Assembly (NCBI RefSeq): GCF_002113885.1
Contig: NW_018480057.1
Location: 1,606-65,605, forward strand
Direction: 5' to 3'
DNA: 64,000 nucleotides
Origin: Mizuhopecten yessoensis
Taxonomy: Eukaryota
The notes under the pieces are model-generated. The model saw only the letters and a program-made list of their open reading frames with translations, was not told the origin of the DNA and made no database searches. Each line of letters begins with the position of its first letter. The stretch's first letter is position 1. A program made the translations under genes and the position numbers. Of the stretch, positions 62,282-64,000 are shown piece after piece.

Positions 62282-64000
62282 TTAATACATAAAGTACATC
62301 ATTGTGTACATGAGGTATGTGGCTGAATACACGAGGTACACCATTTTCTATATGAGATTTGTGGCTTTATACATGAGGTACATCATTTGGTATGATGAGT
62401 ATGTGGCTTAATACATGAGGTACATCATTTGGTATATGAGGTTCGTGGCTTAATACACGGAGTACATACTTTTGTATATATGTGTATGAGGTTTGTGGCG
62501 CTTAATACATGAGGTACATCATTTTGTATATGCGGTTTGTGGCTTTATACATGAAGAACATCATTTTGTAGATGAGGTATGTGGCTTTATACATGAGGTA
62601 CACCATTTTGTATACGAGTTATGAGGCTGACTACACGAGGTACAGCATTTTCTATATGAGGTTTGTGGCCTTATACATGAGGTACACAATTTTTTATATG
62701 AGGTATGTGGCTTAATACATGAGGTACACCATTTTGTATATGAGGTATGTGGCTTAATACATGATGTACATCATTTTGTATATGAGGTATGTGGCTTAAT
62801 ACATGATGCACATCATTTTGTATATGAGGTATGTTGCTTTATACATGAGGTACATCATTTGGTATGATGAGTATGTGGCTTAATACATGAGGTACATCAT
62901 TTGGTATATGAGGTTCGTGGCTTAATACACGGAGTACATACTTTTGTATACATTTGTATGAGGTTTGTGGTGCTTAATACATGAGGTACATCATTTTGTA
63001 TATTAGGTATTAGGCTGACTACACGAGATACACCATTTTCTATATGAGGTTTCTGGCTTTATACATGAAGAACATCATTTTGTAGATGAGGTATGTGGCT
63101 TTATACATGAGGTACACCATTTTGTATACGAGTTATAAGGCTGACTACACGAGGTACAGCATTTTCTATATGAGGTTTGTGGCCTTATACATGAGGTACA
63201 CCATTTTGTATATGAGGAATGTGGCTTAATACATGAGGTACACCATTTTGTATATGAGGTATGTGTCTTAATACATGATGTACATCATTTTGTATAAGAG
63301 GTATGTTGCTTTATACATGAGGTACACCATTTTGTATATGAGGTATGGTGCTTAATACATGATGTACATCATTTTGTATATGAGGTATGTGGCTTAATAC
63401 ATGATGTACATCATTTTGTATATGAGGTATGTTGCTTTATACATGAGGTACACCATTTTGTATATGAGGTATGGTGCTTAATACATGATGTACATCATTT
63501 TGTATATGAGGTATGTGGCTTAATACATGATGTACATCATTTTGTATATGAGGTATGTTGCTTTATACATGAGGTACACCATTTTGTATATGAGGTATGG
63601 TGCTTAATACATGATGTACATCATTTTGTATATGAGGTATGTGGCTTAATACATGATGTACATCATTTTGTATATGAGGTATGTGGCTTAATACATGATG
63701 TACATCATTTTGTATACGAGGTATGTTGCTTTATACATGAGGTACACCATTTTGTATATGAGGTATGGTGCTTAATACATGATGTACATCATTTTGTATA
63801 TGAGGCATGTGGCTTAATACATGATGTACATCATTTTGTGTATGAGGTATGTGGCTTAATACATGAGGTACACCATTTTGTATATGAGGTATGGTGCTTA
63901 ATACATAATGTACATCATTTTGTGTATGGAGCATTTGGCTTAATACATGAGGTACATCATTTTGTATATGGAGTACTGAGTTCGTGGCTTAATACATGAT
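62282..64000. repeat. 42-bp satellite array running off the window end
   Basis: GGCTTAATACATGA(G/T)GTACA(T/C)CATTTTGTATATGAGGTATGT, about 40 units. Confidence 0.95.

Overview
AT-rich, repeat-dense eukaryotic (animal) DNA. The repeat families and gene types suggest a bivalve mollusc, but that is inference. Three host genes can be reconstructed from splice signals, all on the minus strand. Two are intact 4-exon, 557-aa paralogs encoding a signal peptide, an IgGFc-binding-protein N-terminal-like ectodomain and a single transmembrane helix. They sit inside a ~15-16 kb tandem segmental duplication (14914-30749 / 32847-47937). The third is a 3-coding-exon, 357-aa class A GPCR with a GC-AG intron. 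The rest is mostly mobile DNA. At 4.1-10.5 kb an EnSpm/CACTA-like relic hosts two piggyBac elements (one TTAA, one with a CTAT target duplication) and Helentron-type MITEs. There is also a 5'-intact CR1/L2-type LINE, RT fragments, a duplicated solo LTR next to the IgGFc-like start codons, a tRNA-derived SINE, several MITEs and minisatellites, and a recently inactivated Crypton tyrosine-recombinase element. The most intriguing structure is the Crypton and its non-autonomous relatives. They share long imperfect palindromes with a conserved GA-GGC-N(2-4)-GCC-GA apex and short att-like terminal repeats, and they are stacked head-to-tail. This resembles a hairpin-site, cassette-array recombination system.
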